Below, piece after piece: positions 21,188 through 30,748 of a DNA stretch of 64,000 nucleotides (position 1 is its first letter; the number at the start of each line of letters is the position of its first letter). Where the stretch lies: the NCBI GenBank assembly GCA_046290225.1, contig JBKAGE010000082.1, positions 160,001-224,000 on the forward strand, read 5' to 3'. The DNA comes from Bradymonadia bacterium. GTDB lineage: Bacteria; Myxococcota_A; Bradymonadia; UBA7976; UBA1532. Both the position numbers and the translations under genes were made by a program. Below the pieces are notes generated by a model that was given only the letters and a program-made list of their open reading frames with translations, searched no databases and had not been told where the DNA came from.

Positions 21188-21676
21188 TCAGCGTCGACCC
21201 CACAGAGCCATCCACCACCCACGCACAACCTGCCAGAGCGTACGCTGAGGGCGCTTCAGCTCGATGATCTGCTCTGTGGGCAGGTGGTTGCTGCTGTTGC
21301 GGTTCTTGCGCACGAGGACCTCTGCAGGGACCGGCGTGCTCGATCGGATGACGGGCAGCGGGGGCAAGGTGATGCCCGATGGCAGGCCCTCGATGAGGGT
21401 GGAGGCTTCCGCCTCGGCGAAGAGCGGATCGTCTTCTTCGAGATCGGTCAGCTCCTGGGGGCCGAAGAGATCGATGGTCTGCCCGGTCGGCGCATCGAGG
21501 GCCCAGTCGTGGGCAACCGAGACGGCTTCGTGGGCCGGGCCCAGCGTGTTGGACTCGAGCAGCACCGCCGGCGGCCACCAGCTCCCGGTCTGATCGGGAT
21601 CTTGCGGGACCACCCGTGGGGGGATGGCTTCTGCCTCGAAGAGTCGAGGTGTTTCGGGCAGTTCCAGGGCAGCCAT
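21188..21676 (-). CDS. Hypothetical acidic/Pro-rich protein with amphipathic C-terminal helix
   Basis: Fills the gap between convergent genes; C-terminus TLWQVVRGWWMALWGRR. Confidence 0.5.
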   Translation of the reverse strand: MAALELPETPRLFEAEAIPPRVVPQDPDQTGSWWPPAVLLESNTLGPAHEAVSVAHDWALDAPTGQTIDLFGPQELTDLEEDDPLFAEAEASTLIEGLPSGITLPPLPVIRSSTPVPAEVLVRKNRNSSNHLPTEQIIELKRPQRTLWQVVRGWWMALWGRR

Positions 21677-21907
21677 GTCACCTCACGCGATGGGATCATG
21701 ATGGGCCATCAGGATGTGCCCAGATGGGCTTTTAAGCAAAAAAACGAGAAAAAACAGGGCCTGCGAGCCATTTACCTCACCTGCTACACCAGATGTGACC
21801 GCCATGCCATGAGGTGAATCTGGTGCCTGTTCACATATGCATGTGCTCGAGTCCGTACCCGTGTCTCACCTGATGCCCTCGACACACCGAAAAAAGAAGG
21901 TGGAGGT

Positions 21908-23173
21908 TTGCCACGACAGATGGGCATTGGCGTACACCATTCTAGGGCCCCCGAGGGCCTCGACGACCCGCTTCAGCCAGGGTGTGTCCTGGGCGGTCGA
22001 TACCGACTCGGCTCACCCCTCGGCCGAGGCGCCATGGGCGCCGTGTACCTTGGGGAACAAGAGCCTACGGGGCGCCCGGTGGCGGTGAAGGTGTTGCAGC
22101 CCGAACCCGAAATTCAGCGCCGATTCTCGCCCAAGCGCTTGCAGAAATTCTTCTTCCACGAGGCCCATCAGCTCGCCCGCTTCAGCCACCCCTCGGTGGT
22201 GACGCTGCTCGACTATGACGTCGACGCGAACGGCACAGCCTTCATCGTGATGGAGCATTTACAGGGAGAGACCCTCAAAGACCGGCTGAAGTCACTGAGC
22301 CCTCGGGATCTCGCCCATGTCTGTGTTCAGCTGCTCGACGGGCTGCATGCCGCACATCAGGCAGGTCTGGTGCACCGGGACGTCAAGCCAGGCAACATCA
22401 TCGTCCTCGACGCCCACGACGTCGACGGCCGCCCCCGAGCCAAACTGCTCGACTTCGGCATCGCCAGCAGCATCGGCGTCCGCACGAGTGTGGAAGACAT
22501 GATGGGCACACCCCGCTACATGGCGCCGGAGATGGGCCTCACTGACCAGCCGATCTCGCCCCTCGCCGATCTCTACAGCATCGGGGTGATCTTGTACGAA
22601 GGCCTCTGCGGCCGCGTGCCCTTCAACCACCCCAACATGCAGATGATGATCGACATGGTCTGCAACCAGACCCCACCGCCTCTGCCCTATCGCGGTGATC
22701 TCCCCACGGAAATGTACGAAGTGGTGGGTCGGGCCCTGGCCAAATCGCCCGAGGATCGGTTCGCTGACGCCCACGAGATGGCGCAGGCCCTCAGAGAGAT
22801 GATCTGGCCCGACTTCGGCCAGGCTGCACTCAAAGAGGTGTTTCAGGCCACCTTGGAGATCAGTGACGATGATGCCCTCGACGAGACCCTCGCCAATGTG
22901 CCTCTCAAAGCGCCACCATTTGCCGAGCCGGAGGGCAGATCAGGAGTGGGCGCGTTGATGCAGCGTTTGAGCGTACAGCTCACGCCACTCACGCCCTCTG
23001 CCCCAAGAGGTGCAGAGTTGCTGACTGAGGTCAGAGGACGAGGGGTTCGAGAAGGCACGGCAGAGTCGACGCTCTATCAACTGGCCCCCTGGCTCATCAC
23101 CCTCGCAGGGTTTGCGATCCTCGCAGGGTGCTGGCGGTGGATCTCGCCAGTGGTGGAGGCGCTGGGGCTGTGA
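21908..23173 (+). CDS. Hanks-type Ser/Thr protein kinase with C-terminal TM
   Basis: LGRGAMGAVY, VAVK, HRDVKPGN, DFG, GTPRYMAPE, DLYSIG; start may be the ATG at 21920. Confidence 0.95.
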   Translation: MPRQMGIGVHHSRAPEGLDDPLQPGCVLGGRYRLGSPLGRGAMGAVYLGEQEPTGRPVAVKVLQPEPEIQRRFSPKRLQKFFFHEAHQLARFSHPSVVTLLDYDVDANGTAFIVMEHLQGETLKDRLKSLSPRDLAHVCVQLLDGLHAAHQAGLVHRDVKPGNIIVLDAHDVDGRPRAKLLDFGIASSIGVRTSVEDMMGTPRYMAPEMGLTDQPISPLADLYSIGVILYEGLCGRVPFNHPNMQMMIDMVCNQTPPPLPYRGDLPTEMYEVVGRALAKSPEDRFADAHEMAQALREMIWPDFGQAALKEVFQATLEISDDDALDETLANVPLKAPPFAEPEGRSGVGALMQRLSVQLTPLTPSAPRGAELLTEVRGRGVREGTAESTLYQLAPWLITLAGFAILAGCWRWISPVVEALGL

Positions 23174-23195
23174 CTCGACTCGCACTGAGCGCCCA

Positions 23196-24710
23196 TCAAT
23201 CGGGGAAGGCGAAGCCCACGGTGAAGGTCCACGCATCAGAGGTGTTCACCGAGACGAGCTCACCTCTGTATTCCACCGTGAGGGCGAGCCAGTCGATGTA
23301 GGTCGAGTTACGGACGTAATAACCACCCAAGGCAAAGAACACACCGCCATCAGGGTGGCTCTCTGCGAAGTAGACTGAGCCGCCGCCGTGCAGGCCGAGT
23401 GCGGGGTTGAGCAGCGAGAGCGACTCTCCGTCGTACTCAGGCCAGCTGAAGAGAGACCAGCCCACGTCGATTTGCATGTCGAAGGGCGACACCGGGCTCC
23501 AACCGTCCATACCCAGGGCATAGATGAACGAGTGGCCCAGGGTGAAGTGCCCCCAGTGCCAGAAAGCGCGGATGCCGTGGGTGGCCAGCGTGCGCCCGTT
23601 CAAGTTGTCGTCGGTGACCAGCTTGTACTGGCTGCGAGAGAGGCCGATCTCCCACGAGGGGCGGCCGCTCGGGGGGGTGTAGCGCGTGCCGTAGCCCACC
23701 CGCTTCCCGGAGAACGTCGTGCGGCCGAACCCTTCGCACTCGTTGTTCAGCGCTTCGAGGTTCTTGCAGTCCACATTGTACTGGTTGATGGCCTTCTCCC
23801 ACGGGCCATAAGACTCTTTGAACTCCGCCCTGAGCTCTGCCTTCTTCGCCTGGGACAACGTCGAGTTGCCCAGCTTCATCAGCCGGGCGAGCTTCTGCTT
23901 GTCGGCGTTGTAGCGCGAGGTCACCGACTGTATCTGAGCACACCGACGGGCGATGGACTTCGCCACCCCCTTCCAGTGTTTGGCTCGGCGCTCGGCCTCA
24001 GCCTCGATCTCGTCGCTCACCCCAGAATGCTCGACGAGGTCCTGCCACGCAGCCGCCTTCTCGCACACCGACTTTTTCTTGGAACGCTCTACCTGGGTTG
24101 CCGCCTCGTACTTCTCCAGCATGCCGACGTCGAGGTCGGCCAGGCTGCCGAGCTGCGGAGCCGACCCCGTCACCAGAGGGCCATCTTCGATTTGCTCCAG
24201 TACCGGCAGGTCAGCGCCGAAGGTCCGCGCAGCTCTCCGCCTGCCAGGGTGCCCGATGGGCTTCATCAAACGCCCTGCGGCAGCTTGCACCACGCCTTCT
24301 AGAGCTTTTACGTTCCCTGCGGTGCCCTTCTCCGAAGCCATCAGGCCGCCGGAGTTGGTGTCGTACAGGCGCATCGAGATTTTGATGTCTCCGCCCAGCT
24401 CCAGAAATTCCCCGATGATGAGGTAGTCGGCGCCGATGTTGCGGCCCGTCTCGACCTCGCAGTCGCCCTCGCAGCTGGCGAGGTCGACGCCCGGGGGCAG
24501 CATCTCGAGGATGTTCTCCTTGGTCATGATGAGGAACTTGCTCTGGGGCAGCTTCACCGCCTCGCCCCGGACCACGTCCACCATGTAGGACACCTCTTTG
24601 GGCTTCAGGCCCGCGCCGTTGGAAAACTCCAGTACCGCCAGCTTCTTCTTTGCTTCTGCAGCACTCGTGAGGCCCAACACGAGGGCCACAACCCACAACA
24701 ATGCTCTCAT
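23196..24710 (-). CDS. Secreted protein with CsgG/TolB-N/FlgO-like N-terminal domain
   Basis: Signal MRALLWVVALVLGLTSAAEA; KLAVLEF...CEGDCEVETGRNIGADYLIIG...ISMRLYD; beta-rich aromatic C-terminus. Confidence 0.65.
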   Translation of the reverse strand: MRALLWVVALVLGLTSAAEAKKKLAVLEFSNGAGLKPKEVSYMVDVVRGEAVKLPQSKFLIMTKENILEMLPPGVDLASCEGDCEVETGRNIGADYLIIGEFLELGGDIKISMRLYDTNSGGLMASEKGTAGNVKALEGVVQAAAGRLMKPIGHPGRRRAARTFGADLPVLEQIEDGPLVTGSAPQLGSLADLDVGMLEKYEAATQVERSKKKSVCEKAAAWQDLVEHSGVSDEIEAEAERRAKHWKGVAKSIARRCAQIQSVTSRYNADKQKLARLMKLGNSTLSQAKKAELRAEFKESYGPWEKAINQYNVDCKNLEALNNECEGFGRTTFSGKRVGYGTRYTPPSGRPSWEIGLSRSQYKLVTDDNLNGRTLATHGIRAFWHWGHFTLGHSFIYALGMDGWSPVSPFDMQIDVGWSLFSWPEYDGESLSLLNPALGLHGGGSVYFAESHPDGGVFFALGGYYVRNSTYIDWLALTVEYRGELVSVNTSDAWTFTVGFAFPD

Positions 24711-24813
24711 CTGCACGTCCTGTCGGGCGGTTCTCCGCCACATCACATCTGGCCCGGCGATACGCGCCGGGCCAGTGGCCGAACTTCTGGGGCTATGGTA
24801 ACAGCCACGGGAT

Positions 24814-27645
24814 ATGGCACACGATCCCTCTCCACATCTACTCACTTTGTGGATCAACGGTGAGCGTAGACACCTCGCCGTCCCGCCACACCGTACGCTC
24901 CTCGAAGCGCTGCGCATCGATCTGCAGCTCACAGGCACGAAGCAGGGGTGCGACAAAGGCGACTGTGGCGCATGCACGGTGCTCGTGGAGGGTGAACCGA
25001 TCATCGCGTGCTGCACCCTGGCCGCTCAAATGCGCCCGGAAGCGCACATCACCACCATCGAAGGTCTCAGCGGTGCAGGTGGCGCCCTTGATCCGGTGCA
25101 AGAAGCCTTTGATCGGACCGGGGCGCTGCAGTGCGGGTTCTGCCAGCCGGCGATGATGCTGAGCGCTCGAGCGCTCCTCGCTCGGAACCCACGCCCAACC
25201 CGGGGCCAAATCACCGAGGCTCTGTCGGGCAACCTCTGCAGGTGCACGGGATACGTACACATTTTCGACGCCGTGGAGCTCGCCGCCGCCATCGCCCGCG
25301 GTGAGGATCCGGGGCATCATCCTGAGGGCACACACGGCGACGCAGTCCTCGGCGGCCGTCATCGCAAACAGGACGGCCACCTCAAAGCCACGGGGGCGAC
25401 GCAGTACACAGACGACCTGGTGCGCCCTCGCATGTTGCACGGCGCGATGCTGCGCAGCCCGCACGCCCATGCCCGCATCGTGTCCATCGATACCACCCGT
25501 GCGCTGGCGCTGCCCGGTGTGCACGCCGTGGTCACTGGCGTCGATCTGCCCACTCGATATGGGGTGATCCCCTGGACTCAGGACGAGACCGCCCTGGCGG
25601 TAGAACGCGTCCGTTTCGTCGGCGAGGAGGTGGCCGCAGTCGCCGCCACAGACGAGGCCACGGCGAGAGCGGCTCTCGATCTCATCAAGGTGGAGTACGA
25701 AGTCCTCCCGGCGGTCTTCGAGCCAGAAGACGCCCTCGCCCCTGATGCGCCCTTGCTGTTCCCCGAGCGCCCCAAGGGCAACGTGAGCAAGCGCGTGGCG
25801 TTGTCTTTCGGCGACGTCGACGGCGCCCTCGACGATGCCCATGTGCGCCTCGAAGGCACCTACGCGTTCCATGGCACCGCCCACGTGCCCATCGAGCCTC
25901 ACTGCGTGCTCGCCGAGGTGGACGCCAGGGGGTTGCTGACGGTGCACGCCAGCACACAGATCCCCCACTATCTGCACCGCACGCTGGCCCGGGTGCTCGA
26001 TCGCTCTGCAGATCGCATCCGAGTGATCCAGCCTGCGCTCGGTGGCGCCTTCGGGGGCAAATCAGATCCCTTCGGCCACGAGATCGCCGCGGCCTGGCTC
26101 GCTCTGAAGACCGGGCGGCCCGTGAAGATCCTGCTCACTCGGGAAGAGACCTTCTACACACACCGTGGGCGGCACCCGATGCACATGCAGATGGCCCTCG
26201 CCGCCGACGATGCCGGACGACTGACCGCCCTCGACAGCCAGATTCTGCTCAACGGTGGTGCCTACTCAAGCTTCGGGCTGGTGACGGCCTACTACGCCGG
26301 CCAGCTGCTCACGGCCCCCACGGGCTTCGAGCGCTATCGATTCGAGGCCACCCGAGCCTTCACCAACATGCCTCCGTGCGGCCCCAAACGGGGCCACGGC
26401 TCGGTGCAGCCACGCTTTGCCTTCGAGATCCTGCTCGATCAGATGGCCGAGGCCCTCGATCTCGATCCCATCGAGCTGCGCCGCCGCAACGACGTGGGCC
26501 CCGAATGCACGACGGTGAACGGCCAACGCATCACCAGCAACGGGTTCCTCGAATGCCTCGATGTGGTGGAGCGGGAGAGTGGCTGGGCACAGCGCCGGGG
26601 CAAGCTCCCTCACGGCAGGGGCCTCGGGGTGGCGGGGAGCATGTACATCAGCGGCACGGCCTACCCGGTGTACCCCAACGACATGCCCCAGTCCGGCGTA
26701 CAGATCAGGCTCGACCGCAGCGGCAGGGCCCACGTGATGTGCGGCGCCAGCGACATCGGCCAGGGCAGCGACACCATGCTGGCCCTCGTGGCCGCCGAAG
26801 AGCTCGGCCTTGAGCCCGAGTCTATCCAGGTGACCACCGGCGACACCGATCTGGCCCCGGTGGATCTCGGCGCCTACTCGAGCCGGGTGACCTTCATGGC
26901 GGGCCTCGCGTGTCAGCGGGCCGCACGCCAGCTGGGCACCTGGGTGCGAGAGGCCGTCGCGGCGAAGCTCCAGCTGCCCTCGAGCGCCGTGGTCGGTGCC
27001 GGCGGCCGATGGTTCTGGACAGAAGATCCTCAAGTGGGCATGTCCTGCGCCGAGGCCTTTATCCTCGCTGAGGGCGCATACGGCACGCTTGGCGCCACCG
27101 GTGGATACGACACCGATCACACCCTCGGCGGGCCATACCGGGGCGGTGCCATCGGGGCGAGCCCTGCCTACAGCTTCACCGCCCACGTCGCCGAGGTGGA
27201 GGTCGACTCCGAGACGGGGCAGATCCACGTGCACAAGATTTGGGCGGCACACGATTGCGGCCGAGCCCTCAACCCCACCCTCGTCGAGGGGCAAATCATC
27301 GGCAGCGTCTACATGGGATGGGCCGAGGCGGTCATGGAGCACCAGCAGGTGTACCCAACGCTAGGCCCACAGCAGGGTCTGCACCGAGGCCCCAACCTGC
27401 TCGACTATCCGCTGCCCACGACGATGGAGATCCCGGAGATCGAGGCCTTCATCGTAGAAAGCATCGATCCAAACGGGCCCTATGGCGCCAAGGAAGCAGG
27501 CGAAGGCCCGCTGCACCCCGTACTCCCTGCCATCGCCAACGCGATCTACGATGCCATCGGGGTACGGCTCACCGAGTTGCCCTTCACCCCCGACCGGGTG
27601 CTGGCGGCCATCGAGGCGCAACGGCAACCGAAGGAGAGCAGCTGA
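24814..27645 (+). CDS. hcrA: Xanthine-dehydrogenase-family molybdoenzyme: [2Fe-2S] subunit fused to Mo subunit (4-hydroxybenzoyl-CoA reductase HcrC-HcrA-like)
   Basis: GTKQGCDKGDCGAC, QCGFC, NLCRCTGY then LRSPHAHA, GGAFGGK, PCGPKRGHG, GQG, YSSR, KEAGEG. Confidence 0.75.
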   Translation: MAHDPSPHLLTLWINGERRHLAVPPHRTLLEALRIDLQLTGTKQGCDKGDCGACTVLVEGEPIIACCTLAAQMRPEAHITTIEGLSGAGGALDPVQEAFDRTGALQCGFCQPAMMLSARALLARNPRPTRGQITEALSGNLCRCTGYVHIFDAVELAAAIARGEDPGHHPEGTHGDAVLGGRHRKQDGHLKATGATQYTDDLVRPRMLHGAMLRSPHAHARIVSIDTTRALALPGVHAVVTGVDLPTRYGVIPWTQDETALAVERVRFVGEEVAAVAATDEATARAALDLIKVEYEVLPAVFEPEDALAPDAPLLFPERPKGNVSKRVALSFGDVDGALDDAHVRLEGTYAFHGTAHVPIEPHCVLAEVDARGLLTVHASTQIPHYLHRTLARVLDRSADRIRVIQPALGGAFGGKSDPFGHEIAAAWLALKTGRPVKILLTREETFYTHRGRHPMHMQMALAADDAGRLTALDSQILLNGGAYSSFGLVTAYYAGQLLTAPTGFERYRFEATRAFTNMPPCGPKRGHGSVQPRFAFEILLDQMAEALDLDPIELRRRNDVGPECTTVNGQRITSNGFLECLDVVERESGWAQRRGKLPHGRGLGVAGSMYISGTAYPVYPNDMPQSGVQIRLDRSGRAHVMCGASDIGQGSDTMLALVAAEELGLEPESIQVTTGDTDLAPVDLGAYSSRVTFMAGLACQRAARQLGTWVREAVAAKLQLPSSAVVGAGGRWFWTEDPQVGMSCAEAFILAEGAYGTLGATGGYDTDHTLGGPYRGGAIGASPAYSFTAHVAEVEVDSETGQIHVHKIWAAHDCGRALNPTLVEGQIIGSVYMGWAEAVMEHQQVYPTLGPQQGLHRGPNLLDYPLPTTMEIPEIEAFIVESIDPNGPYGAKEAGEGPLHPVLPAIANAIYDAIGVRLTELPFTPDRVLAAIEAQRQPKESS

Positions 27646-28640
27646 TGTTGCCGCTGCCTCCATTCGAGCTGCATCACCCCACGACTGTGGAAGAGGCAGT
27701 GGCCCTGCTTGCCCGTTATGGCGGCGCCGCTCGGGTGATCGCCGGAGGCACTGATCTGCTGCCCAACCTCAAGCACGGGCTCTATGACGTCGAAGCCCTC
27801 GTCAGCTTGAGCGCCATCGAAGGCCTCGACAGGATCACCTTCGACGCCGACGTTATCACCCTCGGGCCACAGCGCACGCTGCACGCCATCGCGACGGATC
27901 ACGCCCTCGAAGCGATCTTGCCGGCCTTGACCACCGCCGCATCTCAAATCGCCGGTCCTCAGCTGCGCCGCATGGGCACCCTCGGCGGCAACCTGTGCCT
28001 CGACACCCGCTGCGTCTACATCAACCAGAGCCACGCCTGGCGCAGCGCGCTGGGGTTCTGCATCAAGAAAGACGGCGATCACTGCCACGTCACCGGCACC
28101 GGCACGAAATGCGTCGCCGCGGCGAGCAATGACACCGCCCCGGTGTTGTGGACTCTCGGCGCCACGGTTCAACTCACCGGCCCCAGCGGCGTGCGCTCGA
28201 TGCCCCTCGCCGACTTCTACGTCGCCGATGGGGTCAAGAACACAGTGCTCGCCCCCGACGAGCTGCTCACGGGCATCACCGTGCCGCGGCCCGGGCCCCA
28301 CCGTCGACAAGCCTTCGAGAAATTGCGTACACGGCAAGCCATCGACTTCCCCCTGCTCGACCTGGCCCTGACATTCGATCTCGTCGAGGATCAACTTTCG
28401 GCCCCGCAGATGGTGGTGAGCGCCGTCGCCGCGCGGCCCAGAGCGATCAAGGGGCTGCCCGAAGGCCCCCTCGATGACGCGCTCGTCGAGGCCTTCGCTC
28501 AGCGCGCCTTCGACTCAGTCCGGCCCCTCACCAGCCTCAATGGTGATCCAGAGTGGCGTCGACAGATGGTCAAGATCCTCGTGAGACGCGCTTCTGAGCA
28601 GGCAACGCGGCGGCCTCGATCTGTGCCTGAGTCCGCTTGA
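27645..28640 (+). CDS. hcrB: FAD-binding subunit with [4Fe-4S] insertion (HcrB-like)
   Basis: AGGTDL, GTLGGNLC; Cys insert TRCVYINQ..WR...FCIKKDGDHCHV....KC as in 4-HBCR beta subunits. Confidence 0.75.
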   Translation: MLPLPPFELHHPTTVEEAVALLARYGGAARVIAGGTDLLPNLKHGLYDVEALVSLSAIEGLDRITFDADVITLGPQRTLHAIATDHALEAILPALTTAASQIAGPQLRRMGTLGGNLCLDTRCVYINQSHAWRSALGFCIKKDGDHCHVTGTGTKCVAAASNDTAPVLWTLGATVQLTGPSGVRSMPLADFYVADGVKNTVLAPDELLTGITVPRPGPHRRQAFEKLRTRQAIDFPLLDLALTFDLVEDQLSAPQMVVSAVAARPRAIKGLPEGPLDDALVEAFAQRAFDSVRPLTSLNGDPEWRRQMVKILVRRASEQATRRPRSVPESA

Positions 28641-29292
28641 ACGCGAGGGTGATGCCGTCGCCCACAGGCACCAGGCTCAGGCTCACCCGCTCGTCGCCGT
28701 GCACGTGGGCGTTGAACGATCTGATGGCCTCTGTCGACGGGTTGTTGTTCTCCGGATCGATCACCGAGCCCCCCCACAACACATTGTCGACGGCGATGAC
28801 GCCCCCCGGGCGCAGCAAGGTGAGGCAACGCTCGTAGTAAGCGGTGTAGTTCACCTTGTCGGCGTCAATGAAGGCGAGATCGAAGGCCTCGGACTCACCT
28901 TCGGCGATGAGGCGGTCGAGGGTCTCCAGCGCTGGGGCGATCTCCAGCTGCACCCGCTCCCCCACCCCCGCGGCGTCCCAGTATTTACGGCCGATGGCCG
29001 TGGTGTCGGCGTCGACGTCGCAGGCGATGAGACGACCATCTGCGGGCATCGCCCAGGCCATGGCGAGGGCGCTGTAGCCCGTAAAGGTGCCCACCTCGAT
29101 GATCTGGCGAGCCCCGAGCACCTGCACGAGCAGCCCCAGGAAGGCTCCAGCCTCGGGCGAGACCTGCATACCCGAGAAGCGCATGGGCTCGGTCTCTGCC
29201 CTCAGTTTGGCGAAGATCTCGGGCTCTCTCACAGAGACATCGACGAGGTAATCGCGCAGAGCATCGGACATGGTGTGGGTGCGGTTGGACAC
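28570..29292 (-). CDS. Class I SAM O-methyltransferase (caffeoyl-CoA OMT family)
   Basis: EVGTFTGYSAL, FDLAFIDADK, DNVLWGG, GDG. Confidence 0.93.
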   Translation of the reverse strand: MSNRTHTMSDALRDYLVDVSVREPEIFAKLRAETEPMRFSGMQVSPEAGAFLGLLVQVLGARQIIEVGTFTGYSALAMAWAMPADGRLIACDVDADTTAIGRKYWDAAGVGERVQLEIAPALETLDRLIAEGESEAFDLAFIDADKVNYTAYYERCLTLLRPGGVIAVDNVLWGGSVIDPENNNPSTEAIRSFNAHVHGDERVSLSLVPVGDGITLAFKRTQAQIEAAALPAQKRVSRGS

Positions 29293-29431
29293 GGCTATCG
29301 CCCTTGATTGTGATGTATCTAGACCCCTGAAGGGGTTGGGCCGTTATGGTACCCTGCTTCACCCCAGGGAATGAATCACCTGCTGATGCGTCCCCTGGAT
29401 CTGGTTCACGATCGCATCGACGGAGAGACCC

Positions 29432-30700
29432 GTGCACACCGGCCCTCGCACTCTGTTGTCCACTTCGCTCCGCTGCCTGCCTGCGCTGGTGGTGTTCATG
29501 TGCGCCACCACGGCCTCCGCTCAAGAGGTCTGGGATCGACAAAAGGGCGACTGCGAACGCGTGATCCGCAACGCCCCCACGCAGTCCCTCGACAACATCC
29601 GCCGGTGCACCCTCACCTGGGAGATGTACCGCGACGTGACACAGGTCGACGCGGACTGGCGCCAGCTCGCGCGGCGGGCCTTCGAGAAACTCTACCTGCG
29701 CGGCAACGATCGCGACGCGGTGACGGCGCTCTCGGCCCTCAAGCGCCTCGGCCTGCGGCCTTCGAAGCTGCGGCCCAGCACCCGCCTGGTGGAGCGCACC
29801 AACAACCAACCAGCGATGCCCGTGGCCCGCACTGAGGCCACAACCCCGCTGGCGAACCCCGACAACGACATCACCCCCGAGGCCCTCGACGCCCTGTTGC
29901 CTGATCGCGACAAATCGACCCGACACACTCAGCGGGGTTTCTCAGCCCTCAAGTCCAAGAACCCCCGAGGAGCCCTGAGCGAGTTCCTCATCGCATCAGA
30001 CGCTGATCCCACCGATGCCCGGCCGCTCTATGGTGCAGCCCAGGCCTACGCCATGAGCCGCAAGCCCCGCAAAGCGATCAACGCCCTGCGTCAGATGAAG
30101 GACATCGAGAGCGACGAGTCACGCCGCCTGGTGCTCCGCGCAGCGAAAGATCCGAGCTTCCGCGGCCTGCGGGCCATCGAGGGCTTTAAAGATCTCACCG
30201 GCACGGCGGTGATCCAGATCCTCAACGGGGCCGAAGAGGCGGGGGTGCCGCGCATCAAAGAATTCCGAGACAAGCTCGAGGCCGCAGGGCTCCCCGTGGC
30301 CCGCGTGGCCACGGATCGCACCCCCCGCAACGCCACCATCATGTTCTCGAAGCCGGGCTTCTCCCGCCAGGTGGAGCAGATCCGCCGCACGCTCCGCCTG
30401 GGCATGGTGCACAAGAAGCCCATCACCTGGCAGAGCAAGTACGACATCATCCTGGTCTACGGCGCGCCGAAGAAGTCGAAGTGGGTGGACGACGAGGCCG
30501 AGAAGTCTGGCAAGGACGAGGCCGAGAAGAAGAAGCAGGCCGAGGCTCAGGCGAAGCAGGCTGCTCAACAGGCCGAGGCCGCCCGCAAGGCGGCGATGAA
30601 GGAGCAGATGGAGCAGTTCAAGATGTACCAGGAGATGATGAAGCAGCAGCCTCAGGTCCCCGAGCCCACCACTGATCAAGCCATCGACGCGATCCCCTGA
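29432..30700 (+). CDS. Secreted protein with TPR-like region and LytR C-terminal-like domain
   Basis: Signal ending ASA-Q; TPR-like LYGAAQAYA; IQILNG...LEAAG...TIMFS...DIILVYG. Confidence 0.6.
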   Translation: MHTGPRTLLSTSLRCLPALVVFMCATTASAQEVWDRQKGDCERVIRNAPTQSLDNIRRCTLTWEMYRDVTQVDADWRQLARRAFEKLYLRGNDRDAVTALSALKRLGLRPSKLRPSTRLVERTNNQPAMPVARTEATTPLANPDNDITPEALDALLPDRDKSTRHTQRGFSALKSKNPRGALSEFLIASDADPTDARPLYGAAQAYAMSRKPRKAINALRQMKDIESDESRRLVLRAAKDPSFRGLRAIEGFKDLTGTAVIQILNGAEEAGVPRIKEFRDKLEAAGLPVARVATDRTPRNATIMFSKPGFSRQVEQIRRTLRLGMVHKKPITWQSKYDIILVYGAPKKSKWVDDEAEKSGKDEAEKKKQAEAQAKQAAQQAEAARKAAMKEQMEQFKMYQEMMKQQPQVPEPTTDQAIDAIP

Positions 30701-30748
30701 ATCGCTTTTCGGCACCAGCCGGCAAGCAACTCAGCTTCTCCTCACAAG

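Noticed and set aside
21908..23173. Ser/Thr kinase as a dedicated CIS regulator
   Set aside because: It lies more than 10 kb from the CIS with unrelated genes between, and such kinases are abundant in these genomes
27240..27644. N-terminal extensions in the ORF track (27240, 4072, 4431, 11556, 25016, 32729, 36380)
   Set aside because: They overlap neighbouring genes or promoters; downstream starts with an RBS or stop-start coupling fit the families better
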